A DNA stretch of 64,000 nucleotides from Candidatus Omnitrophota bacterium. Lineage in GTDB: Bacteria > Omnitrophota > Gorgyraeia > Zapsychrales > JANLHA01. The position numbers and the translations under genes are program-made. The notes under the pieces are model-generated. The model saw only the letters and a list, made by a program, of their open reading frames with translations. It did no database searches and was not told where the DNA came from. Positions 19,370 through 29,260 of the stretch are shown here, one piece after another (the first letter of the stretch is position 1; the number at the start of each line of letters is the position of its first letter). The DNA lies in contig JAKLFA010000003.1 in the NCBI GenBank assembly GCA_022711395.1, positions 162,509 through 226,508 of the forward strand, read 5' to 3'.

Positions 19370-20224
19370 TCACTTTGTTAAGGGCACAAAATCCGTGACC
19401 CTGACAATGTCCTGCCCTTCTGGCGAAAGGGCGAAATTAACAAAACTTTCCACCAAACCCGACGGAACGCCTTTTGTATACAAAAAGAGCGGGCGCGATA
19501 TCGGATAATCCCCTTTCATGACATTTTCGATCACCGGCATGATATAGGGGTCCTTGTCCGTTTTTGCGATCGCAATGGGCTTTTGCTGAGCTGAAATATA
19601 TCCCATGCCGTAATACCCGATCGCGGCCGAATTCCCGGCGACCTCATCGGCGACCGCCTGGGACGATGAAAGCATCAAAGCGCCCGGCGCGAATTCTTCC
19701 TGAGAGTCAGGATCGTTCTTCCTTAAGACGTGTTCTTTAAAATACACATGCGTTCCGGAATTGACTTCGCGCGAAAGGATAACGATCGCTTCGTCCTTGC
19801 CGCCCAGCTCTTTCCAGTTCACGATCTTTCCGGTAAAGATCGCGGCAAGCTGATCCAGCGTTAACTGATCAACCGGATTGGCCGGATTGACCACGACGGC
19901 CAGGCCGTCTAAGGCGATCATAATTTCATTCGGGTTGATCCCTCTTTTTTGGGCCAAAGCAATTTCTTTCTCTTTAATATTGCGAGAACTCATCGCAATG
20001 TCGCATGTCCCGCTGATCAGGCTTGAAAGCCCGGTGCCTGATCCGCCGCCGGTCACCGCGACAAAGGCGCCGGGATTTTGCTGCATGTATTTTTCCGCCC
20101 AGGCCTGGACCAGATTGACCATGGTATCCGACCCCTTGACCTGAATAGAATTTTTTCTGGTCGCGGAACACCCGATCAACGCAAGCATGAATATCGCAAT
20201 GACAACGAGTCTCTTTTGAAACAT
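19370..20224 (-). CDS. pstS: Phosphate-binding protein PstS (periplasmic lipoprotein).
   Basis: Signal peptide with lipobox (LIGCS), the PstS phosphate-binding motifs (GGGSGTG, SSRNIK) and operon position. Confidence 0.9.
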   Translation of the reverse strand: MFQKRLVVIAIFMLALIGCSATRKNSIQVKGSDTMVNLVQAWAEKYMQQNPGAFVAVTGGGSGTGLSSLISGTCDIAMSSRNIKEKEIALAQKRGINPNEIMIALDGLAVVVNPANPVDQLTLDQLAAIFTGKIVNWKELGGKDEAIVILSREVNSGTHVYFKEHVLRKNDPDSQEEFAPGALMLSSSQAVADEVAGNSAAIGYYGMGYISAQQKPIAIAKTDKDPYIMPVIENVMKGDYPISRPLFLYTKGVPSGLVESFVNFALSPEGQDIVRVTDFVPLTK

Positions 20225-20304
20225 ATCCCCTCCTCATTTGCTTATACAGTATCTCTTGCTCAAACTAAAAACAAATTAAACCAATGTTAAATGGATGTAA
20301 AATC

Positions 20305-21003
20305 TCAAAACGACAATTTAAATTTCGCCCCCAGAACATTGGCGTCTTTCCATCCGGCAGAACCTTTAGAGCTCTGCAGCATGTAATAAAGCTCTGCTTT
20401 GAAATTTTCGGCAATCTTCATGCCCAGGCCGGAAGAAACCCTGTTTTGATTGAACGGGTCATCTTTCGTGAACTGGATAAATACCTCGTCAGAAAAAAAC
20501 GGCTGGATGTCAAACCGCGTAAACTTCCAGGGCAACTTAACAGTCAATTTATTACGATACCTGCCCTTGTCCTGCCGATCATCAAACTGCTGATACTCCA
20601 GGCGGCTGCGGTCCTCGACCTTAAACCCGGCCAGGTCACCCGAAACGGCCGCTGTCAAATACGGCTCATTTTCAGGGCTCCAATCCCCATTCGATTTTGT
20701 ACGGATATAGCGAAAACCAAACCCGAGATTCCAATGCTTGTTCAATTTGTAAACCAGGCCAAGGTCATAGTGCTGGTAATAGAATTCACTGATGTCCCCG
20801 CCCCAGCGGAATTCCTGTTCAAACGCGGCCTTCCAGGCATCAGAAATCTTTATTTCTTCAACGTTGGTATTCCAAAATTGGACATCGCCATCCTCGTAGG
20901 CAAAGGCTGGGCCCATGGGGACAAGCGCCGTCAACAGAACAATGAACAGGGCTTTTTTCATGCGTGTTCTCCTTTGAATGTTGTTGTATTTCTGCACAGT
21001 CAA
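20305..21003 (-). CDS. Small outer-membrane beta-barrel protein (DUF2490-like) embedded in the pho operon. Candidate Pi-regulated porin.
   Basis: Signal peptide, alternating amphipathic beta-strand pattern, C-terminal aromatic residue (KLSF), 232 aa. Lies between phoR and pstS on the same strand. Confidence 0.55.
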   Translation of the reverse strand: MTVQKYNNIQRRTRMKKALFIVLLTALVPMGPAFAYEDGDVQFWNTNVEEIKISDAWKAAFEQEFRWGGDISEFYYQHYDLGLVYKLNKHWNLGFGFRYIRTKSNGDWSPENEPYLTAAVSGDLAGFKVEDRSRLEYQQFDDRQDKGRYRNKLTVKLPWKFTRFDIQPFFSDEVFIQFTKDDPFNQNRVSSGLGMKIAENFKAELYYMLQSSKGSAGWKDANVLGAKFKLSF

Positions 21004-21044
21004 AAAGATTTTAATTGCGCATGATTAAATCGATCTCAAGAAAA

Positions 21045-21064
21045 AGTAAAATGTGCGTAAAATC
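21045..21064 (-). promoter_or_regulatory. Candidate Pho-box-like PhoB site. Two direct ATTTTAC heptamers separated by 4 bp (ATTTTAC-GCAC-ATTTTAC, minus strand), upstream of the barrel and pst genes.
   Basis: A 7+4+7 direct-repeat architecture with 11-bp periodicity, as in Pho boxes. It lies 13 bp after the phoR stop and about 45 bp before the barrel-gene start. The sequence differs from the E. coli CTGTCAT consensus. Confidence 0.3.
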
Positions 21065-21076
21065 TCGGAAAAGATT

Positions 21077-22861
21077 CTATGCTTTCGGAAGGGTGAACCA
21101 AAACTTGGAACCGGTGCCCTCGACGCTTTCCACGCCGACTTCTCCCCGGTGCTTTTCGACAATATGTTTGACGATCGAAAGCCCAAGCCCTGTGCCGCCC
21201 AGCTCGCGGGAACGGGCCCGGTCAACGCGGTAAAAACGTTCAAAAAGCCGGGGGAGATCTTTTTCCGGTATGCCGATGCCAGTGTCCTCAACGCAAATCT
21301 TAACGTGGGAACCCAAATCCTGACACGAGATGGTCAAGACGCCGTTATCCGTATTGAATTTTATTGCGTTATCGATCAGGTTGCTCAAGACCTGCGTCAA
21401 TTTGTCCATATCGCCGGCAACATAAAGGCCCGGCGGCAATTCATTCCGGACCGTCAATTTCATTTTCTGCCATTGGGACTGCGCCTCCGTCAAGGCCGCG
21501 TCCGCCAGCCGGGACAGGTCCACTTTTTCCCGGCGGAAAACGATTTCCTTTGACTCAAGGCATGCCAAAGACAACAGATCGTTGACCAGCGTGTTGAGCC
21601 GTTCGACCTGACCTTCAATGATCTTTAAAAAATTGCGGTTGTTCTGCCGGTCTTCCAGGGCGCCGGCCAAAAGCGTCTCAATGAACCCTTTGATGGTCGT
21701 CAACGGCGTCTTGAGCTCATGGGACACATTGGCGACAAAATCCTTTCGCATCGTTTCCAGGCGCTTGATTTCCGTGATGTCATGAATCACGGCAAGGCAG
21801 CCGCTGATCGATCCCCCCTCAAAAACAGGAGCCGCGTTGATCTGAAATATTTTACGGACCGGCAGCACAAAAGGGATCTCACGGGACACGGGCTTCCCCT
21901 CGCGCAAAACAGCGTTCATCAATTCGACCATATCATTATTGCGGACAACCTCCAGAAACGGGCGCCCGACAATATCCTTGTCGGGGATCCCGAAGATCCT
22001 TTCAAACGCCGGATTGATAGAAAGCACCTTTCCGGACCTATCGATCACCACAACACCTTCGACCATGCCATGGAACACCGCCTCCAGCTGCTGATTGCGC
22101 GCATCGGCTTCTTTTGTTTTTTCTTCCGTGCGCTGGGCCATGGTGTTTAACGTAGAGGCGAGCTCCGCGATCTCGTCCTGCGAGGTCGAAATGATCCGCC
22201 GGCTGTAATCCCCGCCGGATAATTTGCGTGAAACCTGGATCATGCGTTTGATCGGCCGGACCGCCCGCGCGATAAAATACACCCCAAGAACGAGCGCGAG
22301 ACAAAACGCGACCAGGACCCCGGCAGCGATCGTTTTCCTGGCTGTGCCCAGGATTTTTTCAACTTGTGTGGGTATCAGCGCCAGCCTCACGGCCCCGATG
22401 ATTTCGCCATGGCCTCTCAGCGGAAGCGCGACATACAGCATGTCTTTCTTTAAGGTGACCGAATAGCGGACCTCGGCGCCCGTGCTCCCCGACAGGGCCG
22501 CCCGGATCTCAGGACGTTTTGCGTGGTTTTCCATCTGACCGATCTGCGCCGGCGTCTCCTGCGAATCCGCCAGGACCCTGCCCTGGCTGGAAACGATCGT
22601 GATCCTGCAGTCTGTTCTATCCTTCAGCCGGTCCACCAGCGCCGCCAGCCGGGGGATGTCTTCTCTAATAAGGCTCTCGGCGGAAATCTGGTCCGCAATC
22701 AAACCGGCCTGCGTCATTAAGGAGGCCTTGATCTCCTGCATGGCATTCTTTTCGAAATTTTTTTCCAGAAAAAACGCGACAAACCCGAATGAAATAAAAA
22801 TGATGAGCAGGTAAGACAGTGTTAATTTTAGAGTGAGGCTGCGCACGGTTTTCATAAACAA
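21077..22861 (-). CDS. phoR: Phosphate regulon sensor histidine kinase PhoR (TM, HAMP, PAS, HisKA, HATPase).
   Basis: N-terminal TM segments, a PAS region, H-box ([12 protein letters not shown]), N and G boxes ([15 protein letters not shown]). Lies downstream of phoB. Confidence 0.85.
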   Translation of the reverse strand: MFMKTVRSLTLKLTLSYLLIIFISFGFVAFFLEKNFEKNAMQEIKASLMTQAGLIADQISAESLIREDIPRLAALVDRLKDRTDCRITIVSSQGRVLADSQETPAQIGQMENHAKRPEIRAALSGSTGAEVRYSVTLKKDMLYVALPLRGHGEIIGAVRLALIPTQVEKILGTARKTIAAGVLVAFCLALVLGVYFIARAVRPIKRMIQVSRKLSGGDYSRRIISTSQDEIAELASTLNTMAQRTEEKTKEADARNQQLEAVFHGMVEGVVVIDRSGKVLSINPAFERIFGIPDKDIVGRPFLEVVRNNDMVELMNAVLREGKPVSREIPFVLPVRKIFQINAAPVFEGGSISGCLAVIHDITEIKRLETMRKDFVANVSHELKTPLTTIKGFIETLLAGALEDRQNNRNFLKIIEGQVERLNTLVNDLLSLACLESKEIVFRREKVDLSRLADAALTEAQSQWQKMKLTVRNELPPGLYVAGDMDKLTQVLSNLIDNAIKFNTDNGVLTISCQDLGSHVKICVEDTGIGIPEKDLPRLFERFYRVDRARSRELGGTGLGLSIVKHIVEKHRGEVGVESVEGTGSKFWFTLPKA

Positions 22862-22870
22862 TGAGCCCTT

Positions 22871-23563
22871 TTACCCTTCATGATCAAACCGGTATCCGTA
22901 GTTCTTGACCGTAACAATATGATCCGCGGCGGAACGGAGCTTCTTGCGCAAGGTCGTGACATGGACATCAACGGTGCGTGTCTGAATTTCAACGGCATGA
23001 TCAACACCCCAGACAACGTCTAAGAGATGCTCCCGGGAAAGGACCCGTCCATTCGCCTTGATCAGGGCTTTCAGCAGTTCAAATTCTTTAGAGGTCAGTT
23101 CCACGGCCTTGTTCTTTACGCTCACCTGGATCTTAGAGAAATCGACCTCCAGATCACTGATCCGCATCACTTCCGGCAGCTGTCCCTGCCTTTTGCTTCG
23201 GCGCAAAACAGCCTTGATCCGGGCCAACAGCTCCCGAAGGCTGAAGGGCTTGGTCACATAATCATCCGCTCCCAATTCCAGCCCGACGATCTTATCCGCT
23301 TCCTGGCTCTTGGCAGTGAGCATAATGATGGGAATCGCCGCGGTCTTGCTGTGCCGGCGAAGCTCCTTACAAACCTCAAATCCGTCCATTCCCGGAAGCA
23401 TGAGATCAAGAAGGATGAGGTCCGGATGGTCCCGCGTGGCGGCTTCAACCGCCTGGGAACCATTGCTGACAGATGCCGTGCGGTAACCTTCTTTCTGAAG
23501 GTTATACTCAAGCATTTTCACAATATCATGTTCGTCTTCAACGATCAGGATGAGCTGTTTCAT
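22871..23563 (-). CDS. phoB: Phosphate regulon response regulator PhoB (OmpR family).
   Basis: REC domain (DD..D54..K) plus a winged-helix C-terminal domain, 230 aa, 9 bp upstream of phoR. Confidence 0.85.
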   Translation of the reverse strand: MKQLILIVEDEHDIVKMLEYNLQKEGYRTASVSNGSQAVEAATRDHPDLILLDLMLPGMDGFEVCKELRRHSKTAAIPIIMLTAKSQEADKIVGLELGADDYVTKPFSLRELLARIKAVLRRSKRQGQLPEVMRISDLEVDFSKIQVSVKNKAVELTSKEFELLKALIKANGRVLSREHLLDVVWGVDHAVEIQTRTVDVHVTTLRKKLRSAADHIVTVKNYGYRFDHEG

Positions 23564-23691
23564 GCAAAAAAATGCCTCAAAAAAATTTACGGTTAAGCTA
23601 TTTTAACAGACATCTGCCGATCGACCAAATAATACTCCCAATTCACTGAAAAAGATTTCCCCCTCTTTCATGTCAAAATCCTCAACCGCTC

Positions 23692-23723
23692 AAAAAAAGG
23701 GGGAGGCATGATCCGCCTCCCCG
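23692..23723 (-). terminator. Rho-independent terminator downstream of tpsA (GGGGAGGC-ggatcat-GCCTCCCC followed by a T-run on the minus strand).
   Basis: GC-rich perfect stem followed by seven T (read on the minus strand), about 75 nt after the tpsA stop. Confidence 0.65.
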
Positions 23724-23796
23724 TTATCTTTGCTGACCATGTCCTCAGCTGTTTCACAGAACAAAGCACCGGCCGGATTTCATAAATCTCTCCGCG

Positions 23797-26700
23797 CTAC
23801 TCTTCTGTTTCATCGGGAAAACTGCCCGTATTCCCACCCTGCTGCGTGCGGTCCTCAATGAGCTTAAATACCGAAAACATATCAATAGAGCTGCTCCCGG
23901 CTCCCGGGCCCATGGCATAAACGTCGCCCGGGGAAGACGCCCCGGACGCCTCGCCGGAACCCCCGGAAGAAGTTTCCTGCGTTCCATTCACCGCTTGCTG
24001 CAGGCTCGTCAAGGACCTGACCACAGTATCGATGTCCGCGCTGCCTGGAGCAGAGGCGATCGTCAACGTGCCGTTGGCATAATTTACCGCGTATCCCAAT
24101 AAGGACGTGTAGCCGCTGGGCGTGATCGTATACGTTCCAATCGCCATGGCCCCCTGGGACGTGCCTCCATACGACACGCTCCCGCTCAAGGCCTGCGCCG
24201 AGGTGTCGCCGTTTTGAAGGCCGGTCATGCCCACCCCATTCCCTCCGGAATACGCCAGACCGTCATAAGTCTTGCTGTCATTGGAGGCCGTTACCGTAAC
24301 GGCCGGCTGCTCGCGGTAAACCGCGTAATGACCGGCTCCTAAGGCCGTTGAGAAATTTGACGCGCTTTCATCGCTGTTGTATCGGAACTTCCCGCTTCCC
24401 GAGCCGATCAGCGCCGTCAGCCCCGTGCTGTCGCTGACGTCACCGGAATACAATGTCGCCCTCCCGCCTGCGCCGACCGTAACGCTTCCGCCGCTGACAA
24501 TAATATTTCCGCCGGTGGATGTTCCGGCCGCGGTATTTTTTCCGGCATTCAACACAATCGCGGAATTCCCCGTGTTTGTTGTTTCGATGGCCCCGGCCAG
24601 TGTCAAATCCCCTGTCAATGTCGCCGCGCTTACTGTTCCGGTCGAATTGACGGCGGCCAGCGTCATGGCGTTGCTGTCGATAATGCTGATATCATTGCCT
24701 GAAACAACGGACACCGCGCCGGTAAAATCATTGCTGGTATTATTTAGCGTGATCTGTCCCGCCCCCGCCGTTAAACTGGTTGTCCCTCCAATGTCCAGCG
24801 AGCCTGTCCCCGCGATGTTTCCGGTTGAACTCAGCACAAGGGATCCGGTGCCTGTGGAGGCAATGGAACTTCCTGCCGTGCTCAGATTGATGCCGTTCGT
24901 GCCGGTGTCCTTAACGCCGGTGATGGAAATTGTTCCGTTCTGGGAACTGACTGTGCCACCTGATATGGCTGTCCCGTCAGAAGAGCCGTAGGCCTGTCCT
25001 GAGATCGTGATCGTTCCCTCACCTGTCGTCGATACTGTCCCGCCGATATGCACGCCGCGGGCATACTCCACAGCGTTCGAGCCCTGCCCATTGATGATGA
25101 TGTTACCGCCCAACGCGTTGATCGTCCCATTAATCGCGGCCCCGCGCATCAAGGAGTTGGACTCATAACTTGTCAGATTGATCCCCATCGCCCTGGTCGT
25201 TGCGGGAGTGGCCCCGCCCCCGATCGTCACATACCCGCCGTTGGTTTCGATCGATGATCCCGATGAAAGCCAAAATCCTCCAGCCGCCCCCGCACTGCCG
25301 GGATTGATCAAGACGTTTAATTTATTCGAGGTGGAGCTGATCGCACTTGGGTTATTGTTCGCCAGATTGCTTGATAATCCGGAAGCGATATACCCGGATG
25401 AGCTGTCGGCAGTCGTAATATACGAGGTTGCCTTGAGCGTCAGTGTCGCATCTGACCCGCTGGTCTTAGAAATATCGCCATTGACCAATACCCGGCCGTT
25501 GCCGGCCTCGACCGTGAGGTCTTCCACCATCGTGATCGTGTCGGTGATATCGATCTTCGCGTTATTTTTTAATATCGTATCATCATTAAACGTCACCGCT
25601 CCGCCAACAGTAATATCCCCGGCTGTCGCGTTGCCGATCGTGACGCTGGAAAAACCGTTCGCAAAATTCGTTGAAAAATAACTCGCCGCAATATCCAACG
25701 TGCCGGCGCCGGTCGTACCAATATTGATTGCCCGGCTTGTATAGGGTTCGATAGTCAGGGTGCCGCTGCCGGAGATTGTGTGATTGGCGCCAATACTGAG
25801 AAGATTGGTCTTAAGAATCGTGTTCCCCGTCCCGGCATTAAAACTATGGGCATTAGCACCGGCATAGATATCCACATAATTGGGGGACTCTACAGTAATG
25901 TCTCCGCCGTTGGTCGTTGTCATGTTCTGGGAAATTCCAACACCTTTGGCAGTGTTGACTGTGTTGTGGCCATAAAGGGTGATTCCACCCGCCCCAGCGG
26001 TGATACGGGTATATCTCGAGCTAAGCTGCGAACTGGAAAGCCCGTGATAGTTCGTATTTGAACTTGTGCCGCTGATATTCACCGTACCGGCGTTGATGTC
26101 TAAATAACTGCCGGACGGAGCGCCGTCCAACCACGCGGACAACTCGATGCCCGCATAAGAAGAAGACTCTCCGATCATGGTGAGTGTGCCGCTGCCGGCA
26201 TCCAGCGTTCCGCTATGGGAATAATTGATCCCCATCCCTGTTCCGGCGCCGGCCGTGCTTTTACCTTTTATAAAAATATTACCGCCGCCTGATTGAATCG
26301 TTGTCCCGGCTGTCGCCGCATTATTCAATCTTCCTATACTGACCCCGCTGTAAGTAGCGGTTGCTGTCGCAAAACCATCCGGCCTGCCGTCGCTGTTGTC
26401 GTCAGCCCCGCCCGCCATCACAATATCACCGCCGTTGGTGTCAACCACAGTGCCATCGTAAAGAAAAATGTAGCCGTTATTATTCACGTCTGCATCCGCC
26501 CACAAGACCGTATCCAATGCCCCTGTTGAGGATTCAATTGAACTGCCGGCATCCATAATGATCGAGCCGGTTGTTTTCACCGTCAGCGAGGCGTCATTGC
26601 CATAAGCGTTTGTGATGGATTTACTAGCCTGTAAAGTAAAATCCGTCGCTGCATTGGTCTGCGTCAACGTTGTCGCCGCCGCACCCAGCGTGATATCGCC

Positions 26701-29244
26701 GGCATAGGTCTGAAGTCCTTCGGTTGTTACCGCTCCGCCGTTGATCGCGATCCCATTGTCAGCAGATGACGTGACGTTCAGTGACGCCAGGGCCTTGCTG
26801 GTCCCGACCGCGCCGGAAAACGTCACCGTTCCCGCCCCGGCGTCGATCGTGACCGGGGACGCGGCAAGATTTGTTTCTTTGACATAATGAGCAAGCGTGC
26901 CGGTGGAAGCCGCGAGGTCATTCCATTGGCCTTCGGTCCCGGTAAACTGCAGGGCCGATTCATAATCCAATCCTCCTGACACCGGGCGTGTCTGCGAAGG
27001 GCTTCCGCCGTAGTTATTCGGTTCTCCGCTGCTCCAATTCGTGAATGCCCCATCGATCGCCGCCCCTCCGCCGGAATCGCTCTGCGTAAAAAACTGCCGG
27101 CCTTTTTCGCCATCCTCGGTTCCTTCCGGCCCGGCCACCCAGCGCCACACCGCGTTGGTGCTTGGGGTCAGCCCGACCACGCGCCGCCCCCCCAGCCAGG
27201 ACGGTTCGTAATTCACGGTCCTGCCCGCGATCGCGTTTTCCAAACGGGAGGTGATCGTTGCTAAATAGGTATCGTCGACCTCGCTGCCGTCACCTTCCGA
27301 TCCAAGCTCTGCGTTTCCTAATGCTTGGGTCCATGTTCCCGTATACGCCACATCGGTATAACTATTCCCGGAATTCAGCAGGCCGTAAAACCTGACGTTG
27401 CCGCCATTGGTCGTAATAATCAAACCGTCGGTATTTCCGACCAGCATCTCCCCTTTAACATTAACGGCCCCGCCGTTGGTCGAGATCGTCCGTGTGCCTG
27501 ATCCTGCCACATACACGTCCCCGCCGACCATGGTCGTCACGCCGTTCAAATCGATCGTGCTGCCGTCACCAAAATTCACGTAACCGCCGTTGGTGGTAAT
27601 GTCCTCGTTAAGCAAAATAATGCCGTCACCGTCATGTGCGCCGTTATCGTTATCTGCCAGCACATCCACGTTCAACTTGCCTGTCCCTCCGTCATTGCTG
27701 ATCCCCGCGTTGATCGTGATCGTTTTTGCCGCCTGCAATGTCAACGTGACATCTGTATCACCGGATCCCTTGGAGATCGCGCTGCTGACGGTAATGTTCC
27801 CGTTCTGGGTCCCGGCGCCGGCGGTCGTGACATTGACGCTGGTTCCCCCTTCCAGCAAACCGTTGATCGTTGTGTTTAAAATGGTTGAATCGTTGCCGGT
27901 GGCGACCCATGTCCCTGAAGAAAAACTTCCGCCGGAAGTCGCCGTGGTGATGGTGACATTATACGGATCGAACAACCAGATCCCGGCATCTCCGTGAGGG
28001 GCGATCGCTCCGCCTGTCACGCCAGCCGTGTCCAGCCAATGACCGGAGGTTTCGATCCGCCCGCCGTCGCCGCCGTTCATCCCGCCTCTGGCTAAAAATG
28101 TTCCGTAAGCCCGCGTGACCGAATCAGGATCCGTAACATCTGACCACGCGACAACAGTTCCGCCGTCGCCGCTCTCCGTGGCGCTCGCGTCAAGCAAAGC
28201 CCCGTTTGAAATCACAACGCCGGTCGCCTCATAGATTTCAGGATCGGAACCCTGCCAGCCTCCGCCCGCATAGATCTCTCCGCCGCCTGTCGATCCTCTT
28301 GCCAAAACCTCAGCGCCTTCTTCAACAAGGACCCTCTCCCCCGTCGCCACAACTTTCCCGCCGATGGATCCTTCCGATGACACATCCACAGTGCCCGCGA
28401 TCGTTACCTGCCCGTTTTCCCCAGCGGCCAGAAAGATCCTTCCGCCCTGCTCGCTGATCCCTTTCGCCTCAAGAACGCCATCGTTATTGACGACCGCGTT
28501 CGTTAATTCATCTTTCGCCAGGGCGGTCATCACAATCAACCCGCCGTCGGCTTTAATCAGCTGCTTGTTCTCGGCCAAAGCATCGACAGCGCCTTCCTCA
28601 ACATTGTAATTGATCAGCTGATCTCCAAAAAAATCCAGGCTGACCTTGTCGCCCGCAGCCATCAAAACACTTCCCTCGGAAGAACTGATCTGTCCCTCAT
28701 TACGGACAACGGGGCTCAATAACGCGACATACCCGCCTTCCCCGGAAAGGATCTGCCCCTGATTCAGGACCATGCCCGCGGCCCCGGCGTTTTCAAAAAT
28801 AAAATTCCCGTTCAGAAAATTTTCATCGGATATATTTAAAGAAGAAGCGACCAGACCGCCCACATTGACCTGAGCGGAGGGACCGAAAATGATCCCGGCG
28901 GAATTTAAGAGAAAGACCTGCCCGTTGGCGCTCAGGTTTCCGAAGATCTGGCTGGGATTCTGATCAAAGATACGGTTAAGGGCAACGCTCGAGGAGGCGG
29001 GCTGTATAAATTGAACAGCGGCATCCTGCCCGATATTGAACGTGTTCCAGTCGGCGATCATCCGGTCCGTATACTGGTTGACGGTCATGCCGGACCCGCT
29101 TTGGCTGATATCACCGCTTCCGGATACGATCGTCCCTCCGGTGGGAAGTTCTTGAACATCAACAGCCAGGGCAGGCAGCCCGCTCACGTGGAGAAAAAAA
29201 CACAGCGCCAGACCGGCGCGAAAAAAACGCCCAAAGGATTTCAC
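23797..29244 (-). CDS. Two-partner-secretion exoprotein TpsA (about 1815 aa). It has an N-terminal TPS secretion domain, a long Gly/Thr/Asn-rich beta-helical repeat region, an embedded C-type-lectin-like segment and a C-terminal MBG-like domain.
   Basis: Hemagglutination-activity (TPS) domain signature (NQYTDRMIADWNTFNIGQDAAVQF...NPSQIFG...NSAGIIFG). Probable GTG start at 29244 with an AAAGGAGA RBS 6 nt upstream; the ORF-track start at 29403 would overlap tpsB. It lies 17 nt downstream of tpsB. Confidence 0.85.
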   Translation of the reverse strand: MKSFGRFFRAGLALCFFLHVSGLPALAVDVQELPTGGTIVSGSGDISQSGSGMTVNQYTDRMIADWNTFNIGQDAAVQFIQPASSSVALNRIFDQNPSQIFGNLSANGQVFLLNSAGIIFGPSAQVNVGGLVASSLNISDENFLNGNFIFENAGAAGMVLNQGQILSGEGGYVALLSPVVRNEGQISSSEGSVLMAAGDKVSLDFFGDQLINYNVEEGAVDALAENKQLIKADGGLIVMTALAKDELTNAVVNNDGVLEAKGISEQGGRIFLAAGENGQVTIAGTVDVSSEGSIGGKVVATGERVLVEEGAEVLARGSTGGGEIYAGGGWQGSDPEIYEATGVVISNGALLDASATESGDGGTVVAWSDVTDPDSVTRAYGTFLARGGMNGGDGGRIETSGHWLDTAGVTGGAIAPHGDAGIWLFDPYNVTITTATSGGSFSSGTWVATGNDSTILNTTINGLLEGGTSVNVTTAGAGTQNGNITVSSAISKGSGDTDVTLTLQAAKTITINAGISNDGGTGKLNVDVLADNDNGAHDGDGIILLNEDITTNGGYVNFGDGSTIDLNGVTTMVGGDVYVAGSGTRTISTNGGAVNVKGEMLVGNTDGLIITTNGGNVRFYGLLNSGNSYTDVAYTGTWTQALGNAELGSEGDGSEVDDTYLATITSRLENAIAGRTVNYEPSWLGGRRVVGLTPSTNAVWRWVAGPEGTEDGEKGRQFFTQSDSGGGAAIDGAFTNWSSGEPNNYGGSPSQTRPVSGGLDYESALQFTGTEGQWNDLAASTGTLAHYVKETNLAASPVTIDAGAGTVTFSGAVGTSKALASLNVTSSADNGIAINGGAVTTEGLQTYAGDITLGAAATTLTQTNAATDFTLQASKSITNAYGNDASLTVKTTGSIIMDAGSSIESSTGALDTVLWADADVNNNGYIFLYDGTVVDTNGGDIVMAGGADDNSDGRPDGFATATATYSGVSIGRLNNAATAGTTIQSGGGNIFIKGKSTAGAGTGMGINYSHSGTLDAGSGTLTMIGESSSYAGIELSAWLDGAPSGSYLDINAGTVNISGTSSNTNYHGLSSSQLSSRYTRITAGAGGITLYGHNTVNTAKGVGISQNMTTTNGGDITVESPNYVDIYAGANAHSFNAGTGNTILKTNLLSIGANHTISGSGTLTIEPYTSRAINIGTTGAGTLDIAASYFSTNFANGFSSVTIGNATAGDITVGGAVTFNDDTILKNNAKIDITDTITMVEDLTVEAGNGRVLVNGDISKTSGSDATLTLKATSYITTADSSSGYIASGLSSNLANNNPSAISSTSNKLNVLINPGSAGAAGGFWLSSGSSIETNGGYVTIGGGATPATTRAMGINLTSYESNSLMRGAAINGTINALGGNIIINGQGSNAVEYARGVHIGGTVSTTGEGTITISGQAYGSSDGTAISGGTVSSQNGTISITGVKDTGTNGINLSTAGSSIASTGTGSLVLSSTGNIAGTGSLDIGGTTSLTAGAGQITLNNTSNDFTGAVSVVSGNDISIIDSNAMTLAAVNSTGTVSAATLTGDLTLAGAIETTNTGNSAIVLNAGKNTAAGTSTGGNIIVSGGSVTVGAGGRATLYSGDVSDSTGLTALIGSGSGKFRYNSDESASNFSTALGAGHYAVYREQPAVTVTASNDSKTYDGLAYSGGNGVGMTGLQNGDTSAQALSGSVSYGGTSQGAMAIGTYTITPSGYTSLLGYAVNYANGTLTIASAPGSADIDTVVRSLTSLQQAVNGTQETSSGGSGEASGASSPGDVYAMGPGAGSSSIDMFSVFKLIEDRTQQGGNTGSFPDETEE

Positions 29245-29260
29245 GGGTCTCTCCTTTTCA

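Noticed and set aside
23564-23691. Search for a Pho box upstream of phoB.
   Set aside because: No 7+4+7 direct-repeat pattern was evident, so none is reported.
24377-24991. Antisense or alternative-frame ORFs of 60-210 aa inside tpsA, the giant gene, gltB and pstC (for example 24377-24991+, 25178-25681+, 47737-48390+, 49615-50142+, 18627-19070-).
   Set aside because: They lie entirely within much longer ORFs that carry strong family signatures. Their translations are Pro/Arg/Ala-rich with no motifs, which is typical of shadow ORFs in GC-rich sequence.
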